A stretch of DNA of 58,614 nucleotides from a virus (taxonomy: Duplodnaviria; Caudoviricetes): IMG/VR virus record IMGVR_UViG_3300032305_000642, positions 1-58,614 of that record. One strand, written 5' to 3'. The notes under the pieces were generated by a model. The model saw nothing but the letters and a program-made list of their open reading frames with translations. It was not told the DNA's origin and searched no databases. Each line of letters opens with the position of its first letter. Within the stretch, counting starts at the first letter, position 1. Shown here in pieces: positions 20,831 to 29,926 of the stretch. Position numbers and translations under genes: made by a program.

Positions 20831-20983
20831 TTAAAAGCAGGTTACGTTGCAGTTACCCCATTGGTCACAGCAAGTTGTACAAACTACCATGCGACCGCCT
20901 TGGTTAATTGTGGTAGTCGAACAGCCAGCATAAACTACACCAGCCGACACGACCAACCAAACCGCTAATATTAGCTTATTCAT
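20831..20983 (-). CDS. Small secreted six-cysteine peptide (50 aa)
   Basis: MNKLILAVWLVVSAGVVYA/GCSTTTINQGGRMVVCTTCCDQWGNCNVTCF; start overlaps the SSB stop. Confidence 0.75.
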   Translation of the reverse strand: MNKLILAVWLVVSAGVVYAGCSTTTINQGGRMVVCTTCCDQWGNCNVTCF

Positions 20984-21872
20984 CATCCCACTCCTCAACT
21001 GTAGCGGCTAAGCTACTTGTCTTTTTAGCAGGAACTGCGGATGGCTTAACTGCTGGCTTACGCTTCTCAGGCTCGTCAACTTCATCGTCGGCTTCAGCTT
21101 TTGGCTCAGCTTTGATAGTTGGTTTCTTGCCTTCGAGTTGTGGCGCCTTATCTGCTGGCTTAGGGACAGACATTGTAACTGCCATCTTTGCGCTGGGTGA
21201 TTGACCCTTATCTACTGCAACTGCATACTCGTCATCCTCTAACCAACGTACTGGTTGAAAAAATAACTTAGGTACTGCCGCTTTAGTATCAAAGCGTAGG
21301 CGAGTTACAAGGGTTTCAGGATTGATGTTCTGAGCCGCAAGATAACGGGCGTACGCTTGTAACGGACGCTTTTCGCCTTCTTCTTTACCAAAGATAGATG
21401 TAGCGGCTAACTGCAACTGCATTACATCACCACTCATATCATTGGCTAACACTACAGCAAGTCGTTGTGAAAAACGGCAAGCCTTAGATTCGCCCTGTCC
21501 TGAGCCTTTCACATTCATTGGGCATGATGCACAATCGCTTGCTTTAGGTTCTTCGATGGATGCGTCAGGCTTTTCACCATCAGCAGACCAGCAATCGGGA
21601 CCTTTGGTCTCGCCCTCAACGTACTGACCTTCGTAGTATGTACGGCTAATTTTTGGTGCGGCATTAACAATAACAACATCAAGGTGGCGATCATCTATGG
21701 ATGTGATCTCTTTACCGTCTGCCATCAAACGGAATACACCGCCCTTGATAGAGATGCGTTTGCCACCGCCACCACCTGTACCACCAGTGAGGCTTTTTGC
21801 TAATGCTGATAATTCACCCTTACGTGCAAATGCAGGGGTTTGATTCGGATTAAAGTTGGCTAAATCGCCCAT
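20976..21872 (-). CDS. Putative single-stranded DNA-binding protein
   Basis: Replication context, CxxC zinc site, acidic/aromatic C-terminus EEWDDE. Confidence 0.6.
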   Translation of the reverse strand: MGDLANFNPNQTPAFARKGELSALAKSLTGGTGGGGGKRISIKGGVFRLMADGKEITSIDDRHLDVVIVNAAPKISRTYYEGQYVEGETKGPDCWSADGEKPDASIEEPKASDCASCPMNVKGSGQGESKACRFSQRLAVVLANDMSGDVMQLQLAATSIFGKEEGEKRPLQAYARYLAAQNINPETLVTRLRFDTKAAVPKLFFQPVRWLEDDEYAVAVDKGQSPSAKMAVTMSVPKPADKAPQLEGKKPTIKAEPKAEADDEVDEPEKRKPAVKPSAVPAKKTSSLAATVEEWDDE

Positions 21873-21883
21873 AATACATTCCT

Positions 21884-22294
21884 TTATTTAGTAGTTGGTT
21901 TACGTACCGTAACTGCATACTCAGACATAGAATTCAACCCTGCCGGTACAACGCCGGGGTTTTCATCCAAAAACATAGCCATGTTCTTCTGCGCAATGCG
22001 CCTTTCAAACAAGTCTATTGCATCGTGCTCTACAACAAACTGCTTAAACGAATCCCAGTCGTCTGTGTAGTAGCGTGTTTTTTGCGACAGAATGATAGTG
22101 CCTTCATCAGTGCGCACCGAGTTAGTTCCCAGCGCTAACATCTGATCTTTCATTGCCGCTTTAATTTCAGTCTTCTTCGCTTCGAGTTCTTCAAGCTGAC
22201 TCTCGTATTCTTTAGTCAACTCTTGAACCTTTGTGTAAATCTTGCGATAAACACGGGCTAGTTTATCTAGCGGTACTACTTCCTCGTTTGGCAT
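21884..22294 (-). CDS. Conserved coiled-coil replication-module protein (Gam-like architecture)
   Basis: N-terminal coiled coil, SVRTDEGT and DWDSF motifs; own RBS (AAGGAG). Confidence 0.6.
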   Translation of the reverse strand: MPNEEVVPLDKLARVYRKIYTKVQELTKEYESQLEELEAKKTEIKAAMKDQMLALGTNSVRTDEGTIILSQKTRYYTDDWDSFKQFVVEHDAIDLFERRIAQKNMAMFLDENPGVVPAGLNSMSEYAVTVRKPTTK

Positions 22295-22307
22295 TTTTAT
22301 GCTCCTT

Positions 22308-22344
22308 TGTAAAATATTTTACATCAATAAAGACAGGTATACAA
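22308..22344 (-). promoter_or_regulatory. sigma70 promoter overlapped by a perfect 16-bp palindrome (operator)
   Basis: TTGTAT-17bp-TAAAAT; TGTAAAATATTTTACA at 22308-22323 covers the -10 and start site. Confidence 0.65.
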
Positions 22345-22362
22345 CCCAACATAGGGTTTTCC

Positions 22363-23922
22363 TTACAAATTAATTTCTTCTTTGTATAGGCTAAGCAGAA
22401 GACCATGCCCTTCAACACGCTTCTCTAATTGCTTAAACATACGCTTTTCTATTTCACTACCTTGCAAGTGTATCACCGTTACATTGGTGGACGTCTGACC
22501 AATACGATCTGCACGTGCAATACACTGCAAGTAGGTTTCAACAGACATAACTGGACCATAGAAGACTACCGTATCTGCGGCTGTAAGTGTAACCCCATGT
22601 GATGCGGCTTGAGGTTGTACTACTAATATTCTAGGCTCGGGATTGTTCTGAAAGCGTTTGAATATATCAGTACGTTTGTTGACTCCAACGTCGCCATGAA
22701 TTACTTCGCTTGAGATGTTGTGCTTCAACAAATGGTTTTGTATAGTCTCAATGCTGTGTCTGAATGGCGCAAACACAATAACCTTGCGGCTTGTTTCTTC
22801 CAAGACCTCAAGTAAAACATTCAACCTAGGCGCACAATCAAACTCCACAACTTCATGGTCATCTGTGTATGCCGCCCCTGCTGAAATTTGTAGCAACTTA
22901 CTAACGCCTGCGGCGGCGTTAACTGCTGTAATGGTTTCCCCTGATGCTTGCATTACCATGCGATCTTTAAGCATGCGGTAGTACTTAACTTGTTGAGGTG
23001 TAAGGGGAATTTCTCTTGTCTCGGTAAGTACTGGTGGTAGGTCAGTACACTCTTCTTTTGTATAACGTATTGCTGGCTGAAGAGCAGTAAAGACCGCCTC
23101 TGCCGCACCTGATTTTGGCACCCACTTAAACTTGGTTAGCTTAGTCATAACCTTATCACGCCATGCGGTAGCAAACTTTGGTACACCTGAAGGGTTCACT
23201 AGCTTAGCCAAACCATACGCATCCACAGGCGATTGTGAAGATGGTGTGCCTGTCATCATCCACAGCATAGTGTCAGGCTTAAGAATTTTGTTAAGGGACT
23301 TCCAGCGTTGGGTAGACGGGTTCTTGTATGCGTTAGCCTCATCCACGATTACTAGGTCGAAGCGTCCATCATTGATAACTTCTTCGGCTATTAGGTTTAA
23401 GCCGTCATAGTTCACCACAACAAATTCATAAGAACCTTGTACCATTTCTATACGCCTTGACGCCTGTACATGGTGCGCCGCAACAACTGAGCGGTGAATG
23501 ATACTCTTACCGACGCTACTAATCCAAGCGTCGTGCATGATAGATAGGGGACACAAAACAAGACAACGACGTACATGCCCTAACTTCATAAGATAGTCAG
23601 CCGCCCACAATGCTGAGAACGTTTTGCCAGTACCGGGGTCGTTAAACACAAACGCTCTGCGATTCATTGTCAGGAAAGAAGCGGTATCCATTTGATGCGC
23701 AAAGGGTTTATACCTACCGGGCCAATTATATTTAGCGTTAATCGGTGATGGTGGGTTCTTTACACCTAGGTTGCGGAGCACACGCACTTCGTCTATGCCC
23801 CAATACACCGCTACTTCATACGTTCCGTTGTCTTCGCTAACAATCTTGCTTCGTGGAATAACGCTGTACTTATCAGGGTTGCGTGTCTTAAACAGCAACG
23901 CTTTGTTTTCTATGATCTCCAT
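22363..23922 (-). CDS. SNF2-family helicase
   Basis: DPGTGKT, VDEA, MTGTP, HGVTLTAA and QCIARADRIGQ motifs. Confidence 0.9.
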   Translation of the reverse strand: MEIIENKALLFKTRNPDKYSVIPRSKIVSEDNGTYEVAVYWGIDEVRVLRNLGVKNPPSPINAKYNWPGRYKPFAHQMDTASFLTMNRRAFVFNDPGTGKTFSALWAADYLMKLGHVRRCLVLCPLSIMHDAWISSVGKSIIHRSVVAAHHVQASRRIEMVQGSYEFVVVNYDGLNLIAEEVINDGRFDLVIVDEANAYKNPSTQRWKSLNKILKPDTMLWMMTGTPSSQSPVDAYGLAKLVNPSGVPKFATAWRDKVMTKLTKFKWVPKSGAAEAVFTALQPAIRYTKEECTDLPPVLTETREIPLTPQQVKYYRMLKDRMVMQASGETITAVNAAAGVSKLLQISAGAAYTDDHEVVEFDCAPRLNVLLEVLEETSRKVIVFAPFRHSIETIQNHLLKHNISSEVIHGDVGVNKRTDIFKRFQNNPEPRILVVQPQAASHGVTLTAADTVVFYGPVMSVETYLQCIARADRIGQTSTNVTVIHLQGSEIEKRMFKQLEKRVEGHGLLLSLYKEEINL

Positions 23923-24041
23923 TACTTATTCCTGTGATATGCGTCTTTAGGGTTAGCTAACATAGATGCAAGAAGTTCATCAACAGTACGAAACCATTGA
24001 ATAGCTTTCATGCCATCATGCCGCATGATTGTAAAACTCAT
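23922..24041 (-). CDS. Small hypothetical protein (39 aa)
   Basis: MSFTIMRHDGMKAIQWFRTVDELLASMLANPKDAYHRNK; overlaps both neighbours (ATGA/TAATG). Confidence 0.65.
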   Translation of the reverse strand: MSFTIMRHDGMKAIQWFRTVDELLASMLANPKDAYHRNK

Positions 24042-24391
24042 TCGATGATCCTATACACGGCTTCGTACTGATTAGCTAAGCCGTGTTTCTCCAACTTGTT
24101 GGCACCAACTAAACGTATAAAAGCTAAACGCCAAAAGTCGTCTTTAACAAACTCGCTCTCGTTTACCCATTCGCCTGACCAACGCACTGTCCACATATCT
24201 ACCAAAGCAGATAGCGGTGCTTTCATAGCCTCGTTTTGTAAGTCCTTCTCATCAATTACCTTGACCCCTGCTGGCGTATTCTTTAATACCGATGCTGAAC
24301 TTGAAAGCGTAAAAGTTGTGTCGTTTGGTGCCATCCTTTTCTTTATTTGTTTTATTACTGCGTCACCGTAATCCTCGTCAGTTATACCCAT
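24038..24391 (-). CDS. Hypothetical protein
   Basis: Coupled ORF within the operon. Confidence 0.65.
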   Translation of the reverse strand: MGITDEDYGDAVIKQIKKRMAPNDTTFTLSSSASVLKNTPAGVKVIDEKDLQNEAMKAPLSALVDMWTVRWSGEWVNESEFVKDDFWRLAFIRLVGANKLEKHGLANQYEAVYRIIE

Positions 24392-24642
24392 TATTTTATG
24401 GCGCCTTTCGCAGTACGTTTGTATGAACGGTTCTTACTAGCTGGTACGGCTTTAAGGTTTGAGCGAGTTGTTGTACCGCCCTTGCTTAGTGGTTTCTTGT
24501 GGTCTACGTCCATGCCATCACCCTTGTGTACCACACCTTCACGCTCTAACATACGGCGTGCTTTGTTACGTGCCGCTCTCTTTTTCTTAACCATCTCGGT
24601 GCCATCGTAGTTGGCGTATTCTTGTTTGTAGTCTCTTGGCAT
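24391..24642 (-). CDS. Small HNH-type nuclease
   Basis: DVDHKKPLSKGG...NL...NR motif. Confidence 0.75.
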   Translation of the reverse strand: MPRDYKQEYANYDGTEMVKKKRAARNKARRMLEREGVVHKGDGMDVDHKKPLSKGGTTTRSNLKAVPASKNRSYKRTAKGAIK

Positions 24643-24651
24643 TTTCTTCTT

Positions 24652-25317
24652 TCAATGTTTGGGATTAAACTCGCAACTCTTCACTTGGCACCATCCGCAT
24701 AACGGTGTGCTGGTCGGGTTCCATACATCATTATCGTAGGATGCGGCTAGTTTGGCTACCCTCTCCCTGTACAACTGCCAGTGAAAATCTTTCTGCTCTA
24801 CGCTCATCATTTGCGTAACCATCGTGTTCTTTACAACAAACAGCAAAGCGGCATTTACTTGGCGTATGTGGGGGAAGTGGGCAAACACCATCAAAGACAT
24901 CAGGGTTAGCTGGTCTCGGTCAGGGTATTTGTTATTGCCTGTCTTGTAGTCAACCACCCTAGCTTTAAGCCCGTCGTCATCAACGATAAGCAAGTCAGCG
25001 ATGCCACGCACCCATACGTCAGGGTCTTTGAAGTCACATGGGGTCAAATCTTCTTTCAAGCCCATTTCGTATTCGGTTAGCTTGCGCCCTGTTTTCTTAT
25101 TAAGCGCATCTAGTGTAGGCTGAATGAACGCATGCTCAGGTGGTAAAGGTGTGCCGTCTTTGATGTAGTGTTCGGCTGACTCATGAACTTGTTTGCCGTA
25201 GATAGTGTGAACCGTATCTGTAAACGGGTAGTTCTTGAGTACCTTAACTTCGTGGTAACGTCTTGCACAGCCCTCAAAGTCTTTAAGTCCTGAGTGCGAC
25301 CATTTGATTTTAGACAT
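24652..25317 (-). CDS. PD-(D/E)XK exonuclease (RecB/Cas4-like)
   Basis: WSHS...C start, GIADL, VDYKTG, QL, C-terminal LCGWC...C. Confidence 0.85.
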   Translation of the reverse strand: MSKIKWSHSGLKDFEGCARRYHEVKVLKNYPFTDTVHTIYGKQVHESAEHYIKDGTPLPPEHAFIQPTLDALNKKTGRKLTEYEMGLKEDLTPCDFKDPDVWVRGIADLLIVDDDGLKARVVDYKTGNNKYPDRDQLTLMSLMVFAHFPHIRQVNAALLFVVKNTMVTQMMSVEQKDFHWQLYRERVAKLAASYDNDVWNPTSTPLCGWCQVKSCEFNPKH

Positions 25318-25537
25318 ATTTGCTCCGTTTACCGCTTGTCCAGTATGTAAATGCTTTGCGTATTGCTTCGTATTCGGTGTCGGCTCTGAACATTAAGGGG
25401 TGGTCATTTTCGGGGGTATACAAGTGAATAATGGTGTACTCCTTATTAATATCAGCGCCAACATTACCACCACTCAGCTTTATTACATCAATCATGGTCT
25501 GCTCTTCAGCGCTCCAGCGTGGCTCGTAGTAACCCAT
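25310..25537 (-). CDS. Hypothetical protein
   Basis: Coupled ORF. Confidence 0.6.
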   Translation of the reverse strand: MGYYEPRWSAEEQTMIDVIKLSGGNVGADINKEYTIIHLYTPENDHPLMFRADTEYEAIRKAFTYWTSGKRSKYV

Positions 25538-25842
25538 TAGAATTTCGCAGTCTTGATAGCTTGGTCTAGGCGGTTGGAAAACTCGGTTACAAAGCGCTCG
25601 TCATGCGTCAGCTTACATCCCATGTCATACAGAATTGCGTGAGTAAGCTCGTGCCAAAAAGTATTAGCTCGCTCATCCGCGTCATACTTATAGCCTCGTA
25701 GTAAGTTGCCCTTGGCGATCTCAATGGTGTGAGTATCTTCGTCAAAGCACCCATGGCATATCGTATTGCCCACCACCACACCTTTTTTCGTGCGTATCTG
25801 GTGGGGTGTATTTCCTATGACAACTTCTTTTGGTATCTTCAT
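25537..25842 (-). CDS. Small HExxH metallopeptidase-like protein
   Basis: TFWHELTHAIL...HDE. Confidence 0.65.
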   Translation of the reverse strand: MKIPKEVVIGNTPHQIRTKKGVVVGNTICHGCFDEDTHTIEIAKGNLLRGYKYDADERANTFWHELTHAILYDMGCKLTHDERFVTEFSNRLDQAIKTAKF

Positions 25843-27824
25843 TTAGCTTCTCCGTATCGTTTGTTACAGCCTGTTTCAGCATCTAAAGGTATGCCCGGCA
25901 TGTACGCTGGTTCCTTAAGCATCTGATCTAAAACCCAAGCCTCGGCTTCTACGGCTTCGTTCTCGGGCACTAAACACACAACCTCGTCGTGAACGGTTAG
26001 TACGCAGGAATACCTCTTCTGTATCCTGAGCATGCCATCCGTCATCACACATCTTGCTACCGCTTGTACTATGTTCTCTACTATCTTACCGCCGTACAAC
26101 TTACGTCTTGACTTATCATCGACGCCATAAATCCACTGAATACGCCCTTTTTCATCGGCTACACCAGTTAACGCAGGGTACTTTAAAGCAAGACCACTAG
26201 GTAATAGTATACGCTCTTTGTCAAAAGTTAGGCATTTGTATGCATAGGGTTTACCCTGATATAGACTATTACTCACCAACGAGTTGCACAGTTCCCATAG
26301 GGACACCACAGGCTTGGCGGCTTCTCGGTACTTGTCGATAATCTTCTTGGCGGCTAGGCAATGAATGAGTAGTTCTTTGTCATTACATGTGTGAGGTATA
26401 GCGTTCATCATTTCTATGTTCTTTTCCCAACCAATGAAGTCGTTAACGTCTTCTGTGCTTACGCCCAACTGCTTGGCAAACGCTTTGTCGTACATGGTAG
26501 GTGGCGCACCTAGGAAACCAGTCAATAGCTGAGCCGAAAAGCTAGCCCAACCCATGCCGTAACCACAACCTAGAAGCGCTGACTTAGCCGACTGACGGAG
26601 GTCGGGGTGCGTCTCTTTATTGAGGTTCGGTATCCCAAACATTTGCGCACCGAATGCGGCATATGCGTCTTGACCTGACGAAAAAATTTCAAGGAGCGAT
26701 TTATAGTCCGCAAGGTACGCAAGAACCCTTGGTTCAATTTGGGAGAGGTCGCAGACCACAAGGGTGTAACCTTCCGGCGCTTGAATACTTTTACGTAAGA
26801 AAGACCCCCGTTTGAGGTTTTGAAGATTAAGCCCCGAGCCCTTGGACGCCGACCAACGACCTGTGTGTGCTCCATAATAGTTGAGTGGGACAGGAAGCGT
26901 ACCTCGTTCTGATATATCAACGAATCTCTGCGCCCTTGTGCGCTCAAGCGTGGATTTAACTTTAAGCCTTGCCTCGCAAATAAGCGATACATCTTCATTG
27001 TCACTATTAAGCAACGCTTGGAAGAGTGCGTCGTTTTTAGCAAACGCATAAGCTTCTTTACCAGTTGTTTTGCTGGTCTTCTTGGGTGGTTGTATTCCGA
27101 GGTTACTAAGTATTTCAGCAAACTGAGGGTTGCTAGCAAGCGCCGTTTCATCAACGCCAACTTTTTTAAGTAGCGCTTCCCTCTTTGTCCGCTCATCTTC
27201 GATTGCCTCATACAGCATCTCCTTATCAAGTTCTAGTACTGGATTCGTAAACATCTTGAGCGTCATGTCGATTAGCTTGAGTTCTTTTAATGGGAAGCCA
27301 CCATCAACTTCCAACATCAGGTTCTCAAATATCTTCTCGCATAAGAACACGTCATGCTTACAGTACTCAGCAAGCTCTTGCTCTATCTCGTATGTCAACT
27401 CACTCAAGCCATTGGTGCTATGTACTGCGTGTCCTTTAGGCGGTAAGCTATAAATCTCAGCCAACTTCATTAGGCTGTTGCCTGCTTCTACACCCCTAAG
27501 AGCACGAGCCATAGATAGAGAATCAAAAATAAAGCAAGGCTTCGCACCATAAACCCAACTAAGGATTGAAATATCGAACTGCGCATTATGCGCAAGTACC
27601 GCCGTCCGACTCCAATCAATAGAGTCAACCCATCTTTGTATATCTTCATGTGATACCCATGTAATATCCTCGTCAGCATCCAACGTCTTATAACAAAGCC
27701 CAAAGGCTTTAAACCTTTGGTCTCTGACGTATTGTTCTGTTGTCATCTTGGACAGCGTGTACTCCTTGCTATCCCAACGTGTTTCAAAGTCGATGACTAG
27801 AATCTTATCGAATGGTACGCTCAT
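25839..27824 (-). CDS. polA: Family A DNA polymerase with 3'-5' exonuclease (Leu762 variant)
   Basis: DFET and AHNAQFD exonuclease motifs, TGRWS, motif A DLSQIEPR, motif B RQSAKSALLGCGYG, motif C VHDE. Confidence 0.93.
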   Translation of the reverse strand: MSVPFDKILVIDFETRWDSKEYTLSKMTTEQYVRDQRFKAFGLCYKTLDADEDITWVSHEDIQRWVDSIDWSRTAVLAHNAQFDISILSWVYGAKPCFIFDSLSMARALRGVEAGNSLMKLAEIYSLPPKGHAVHSTNGLSELTYEIEQELAEYCKHDVFLCEKIFENLMLEVDGGFPLKELKLIDMTLKMFTNPVLELDKEMLYEAIEDERTKREALLKKVGVDETALASNPQFAEILSNLGIQPPKKTSKTTGKEAYAFAKNDALFQALLNSDNEDVSLICEARLKVKSTLERTRAQRFVDISERGTLPVPLNYYGAHTGRWSASKGSGLNLQNLKRGSFLRKSIQAPEGYTLVVCDLSQIEPRVLAYLADYKSLLEIFSSGQDAYAAFGAQMFGIPNLNKETHPDLRQSAKSALLGCGYGMGWASFSAQLLTGFLGAPPTMYDKAFAKQLGVSTEDVNDFIGWEKNIEMMNAIPHTCNDKELLIHCLAAKKIIDKYREAAKPVVSLWELCNSLVSNSLYQGKPYAYKCLTFDKERILLPSGLALKYPALTGVADEKGRIQWIYGVDDKSRRKLYGGKIVENIVQAVARCVMTDGMLRIQKRYSCVLTVHDEVVCLVPENEAVEAEAWVLDQMLKEPAYMPGIPLDAETGCNKRYGEAK

Positions 27825-28068
27825 TAGTTCTTTCTGCTTGTGTTTTGTTTAGCTTGATCGAGGACTCCAAAGATTTCTCTAAAAAGGCGATGAGGTCTGC
27901 TTGATGTTGCAGTAAATCTGCAATCTCTCCCATGTTGCTGCTCATTTCTAAATCTCTTATTCGATCTGCTTGTTGGCGCAACACGTCAACTGCTTGGCTT
28001 ATGACCAGCACAGGCATGCCATCTTTGTTGTACTCGTCTAATTTATCGGCTAGTTTATATGCGTTCAT
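27805..28068 (-). CDS. Hypothetical coiled-coil protein
   Basis: LRQQAD/LQHQAD internal repeat. Confidence 0.65.
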   Translation of the reverse strand: MNAYKLADKLDEYNKDGMPVLVISQAVDVLRQQADRIRDLEMSSNMGEIADLLQHQADLIAFLEKSLESSIKLNKTQAERTNERTIR

Positions 28069-28853
28069 GCTGACCTCGGTAGTTGACCGCTAAATGTATA
28101 AGTACCAGTGTGACCAAACTGCGCCCAAGGTGCGGCATATACCTTAAAGCCTGCTTCACGTGCAATCTTACAGAAGTGGTAGTCCTCAGACAATAAACGG
28201 TTAGATTCCTCATCAATACTCGTTGCAAAAAACTCTTTGATAATCTTGACCTTACGCACGGTGTCTACAGCATGATACATATCATTGGTGTAGCTTGGCA
28301 CTTTATCAGTTAGCTCTTGGAATACTTTGCGCTTGATAAGCATAAAGCCTGTACCGCCATTGGCAATCTCCATTGGTTCCATAATCGGACCGCTAGTTGT
28401 CTCAGTGCCGTTTGGAAGGTTAACCACGAAAGCGCCTGTATGTTTACTTAGTTCTGCTGGGGGTACACCACGCTTGACTGCCGCATCTACTTCTACCCAG
28501 TTGATTTCTTTCTTGGGATACAGACCACAGATAATATCCTTGTCAGCCTTAACCATCATAGGAATGTCGTTAGGGTTAAAACTAATGTCGGCATCAATAA
28601 ACATCAGATGGGTAGCATCGGACTCAAGGAAGTCATGCGCCATGCTATTGCGAGCACGTGTGATAAGACTTTCATTCATCATGAACGAGTAATACATCTG
28701 TATATTGTTCTGCCCACATACACCAACGAGTTGCATAATGCCCGAGGTATACATGCCAGTACACATACCGCCGTACATTGGTGTAGCTACAAATAATTTA
28801 GTTTGCGGTTGTGCTTGAACTGCTTTAAGAAAACTTGGTGGGTTCTTTTTCAT
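28065..28853 (-). CDS. GT-A fold glycosyltransferase-like protein
   Basis: FVATPMYGG, SLITRARN, FIDADI (DxD), GTGFMLIKR, LSEDYHFC. Confidence 0.8.
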   Translation of the reverse strand: MKKNPPSFLKAVQAQPQTKLFVATPMYGGMCTGMYTSGIMQLVGVCGQNNIQMYYSFMMNESLITRARNSMAHDFLESDATHLMFIDADISFNPNDIPMMVKADKDIICGLYPKKEINWVEVDAAVKRGVPPAELSKHTGAFVVNLPNGTETTSGPIMEPMEIANGGTGFMLIKRKVFQELTDKVPSYTNDMYHAVDTVRKVKIIKEFFATSIDEESNRLLSEDYHFCKIAREAGFKVYAAPWAQFGHTGTYTFSGQLPRSA

Positions 28854-29092
28854 TTCTTTTTTCCTTTTGGTATATCTTCTTTTTGTGCTCGGTTGATGCT
28901 CATAATGTCGCCTGCTAAAAATTCAAGCTGTTCGCTGTACTCTTGAAGAATTTCAGTAGCCGCCCACAACGCACCGCTCTCTGCATTGTCTGTGATTCTA
29001 TCGGCAACAAGTTCTACAATCATTGCGGCACTGTGTACCTTGTATCCAATCTCGCTAACCTTGTTAGCTTTTTCCCATAATCCATCAATCAT
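28850..29092 (-). CDS. Hypothetical protein
   Basis: Coupled ORF. Confidence 0.65.
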   Translation of the reverse strand: MIDGLWEKANKVSEIGYKVHSAAMIVELVADRITDNAESGALWAATEILQEYSEQLEFLAGDIMSINRAQKEDIPKGKKK

Positions 29093-29246
29093 TTCTTTCT
29101 CCTAGTGCGATAGCGTCATAAACCTGCCGTGCTACTTTTAATACATACTCAATATCGTTTGGGCTTAATTGCCCCATCAGTTGTAGTATTTTCATTACTG
29201 CAACATCGTTGTCTAGCGGTTGCGGTTTTACTATTGCCTCAATCAT
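29085..29246 (-). CDS. Small hypothetical protein (53 aa)
   Basis: MIEAIVKPQPLDNDVAVMKILQLMG...GERND; fills the gap with ATGA overlap. Confidence 0.65.
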   Translation of the reverse strand: MIEAIVKPQPLDNDVAVMKILQLMGQLSPNDIEYVLKVARQVYDAIALGERND

Positions 29247-29926
29247 TTCTTTCTCCAAGGTAGATCAACATAAGCTTTTTTCATTACTGCGTTTCCTTCT
29301 TCAAACATTCCAAGTAATCGTTCGGGTGCTGTGTAATTAACTGTAGCCTCTCCCGTGCATCCGAAGGAAGGCAAAGCTGATGCGGTAGCTTTATAGAACT
29401 GGCGGTCGGCGCCCCATTGCCCGTAAAAAGCATGGGCAACAGTAACCAAATATTCACGCTTAAAGCAATAACAATTAGTATCCACAAAATTGAGTGTGTG
29501 ATCATAAAACGTCGGGTATCTGCCAAGGCTTTCACAATCATCATCTCCAATGTATTGTCCTGATTCATTAACTATTCTCCTTAAACTATGCGCCCACATC
29601 AGGTCTTTTGATTTGATCTTATGTAGCAACGTTTCTACATGGTTTGGCTCGAACCAATTATCTTCATCTAAGAACAGAATGTAATCGGCGTTTACCAGTA
29701 GGGGCATAGCGGCATAGACTCGGTGCCCATACCACCCGTTACCGCCTACGTTCTCAGGTAAGGTTATTATTTTTCTAGTTTTATTTGTGGCATATATTAA
29801 AGGGTGGTCTACTTTTCCATCTTTTACAATTAAATGTTCTGTTTTTACGGTTTGATTATTAACACTACCTATTGCTTTAATTACCGTATCTTTCCCAGTA
29901 GTTGGGGTGATTACCATGACTCTCAT
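29243..29926 (-). CDS. GT2-family glycosyltransferase
   Basis: VITPT, SVNNQ, YILFLDEDNW (DxD), WGADR. Confidence 0.8.
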   Translation of the reverse strand: MRVMVITPTTGKDTVIKAIGSVNNQTVKTEHLIVKDGKVDHPLIYATNKTRKIITLPENVGGNGWYGHRVYAAMPLLVNADYILFLDEDNWFEPNHVETLLHKIKSKDLMWAHSLRRIVNESGQYIGDDDCESLGRYPTFYDHTLNFVDTNCYCFKREYLVTVAHAFYGQWGADRQFYKATASALPSFGCTGEATVNYTAPERLLGMFEEGNAVMKKAYVDLPWRKK

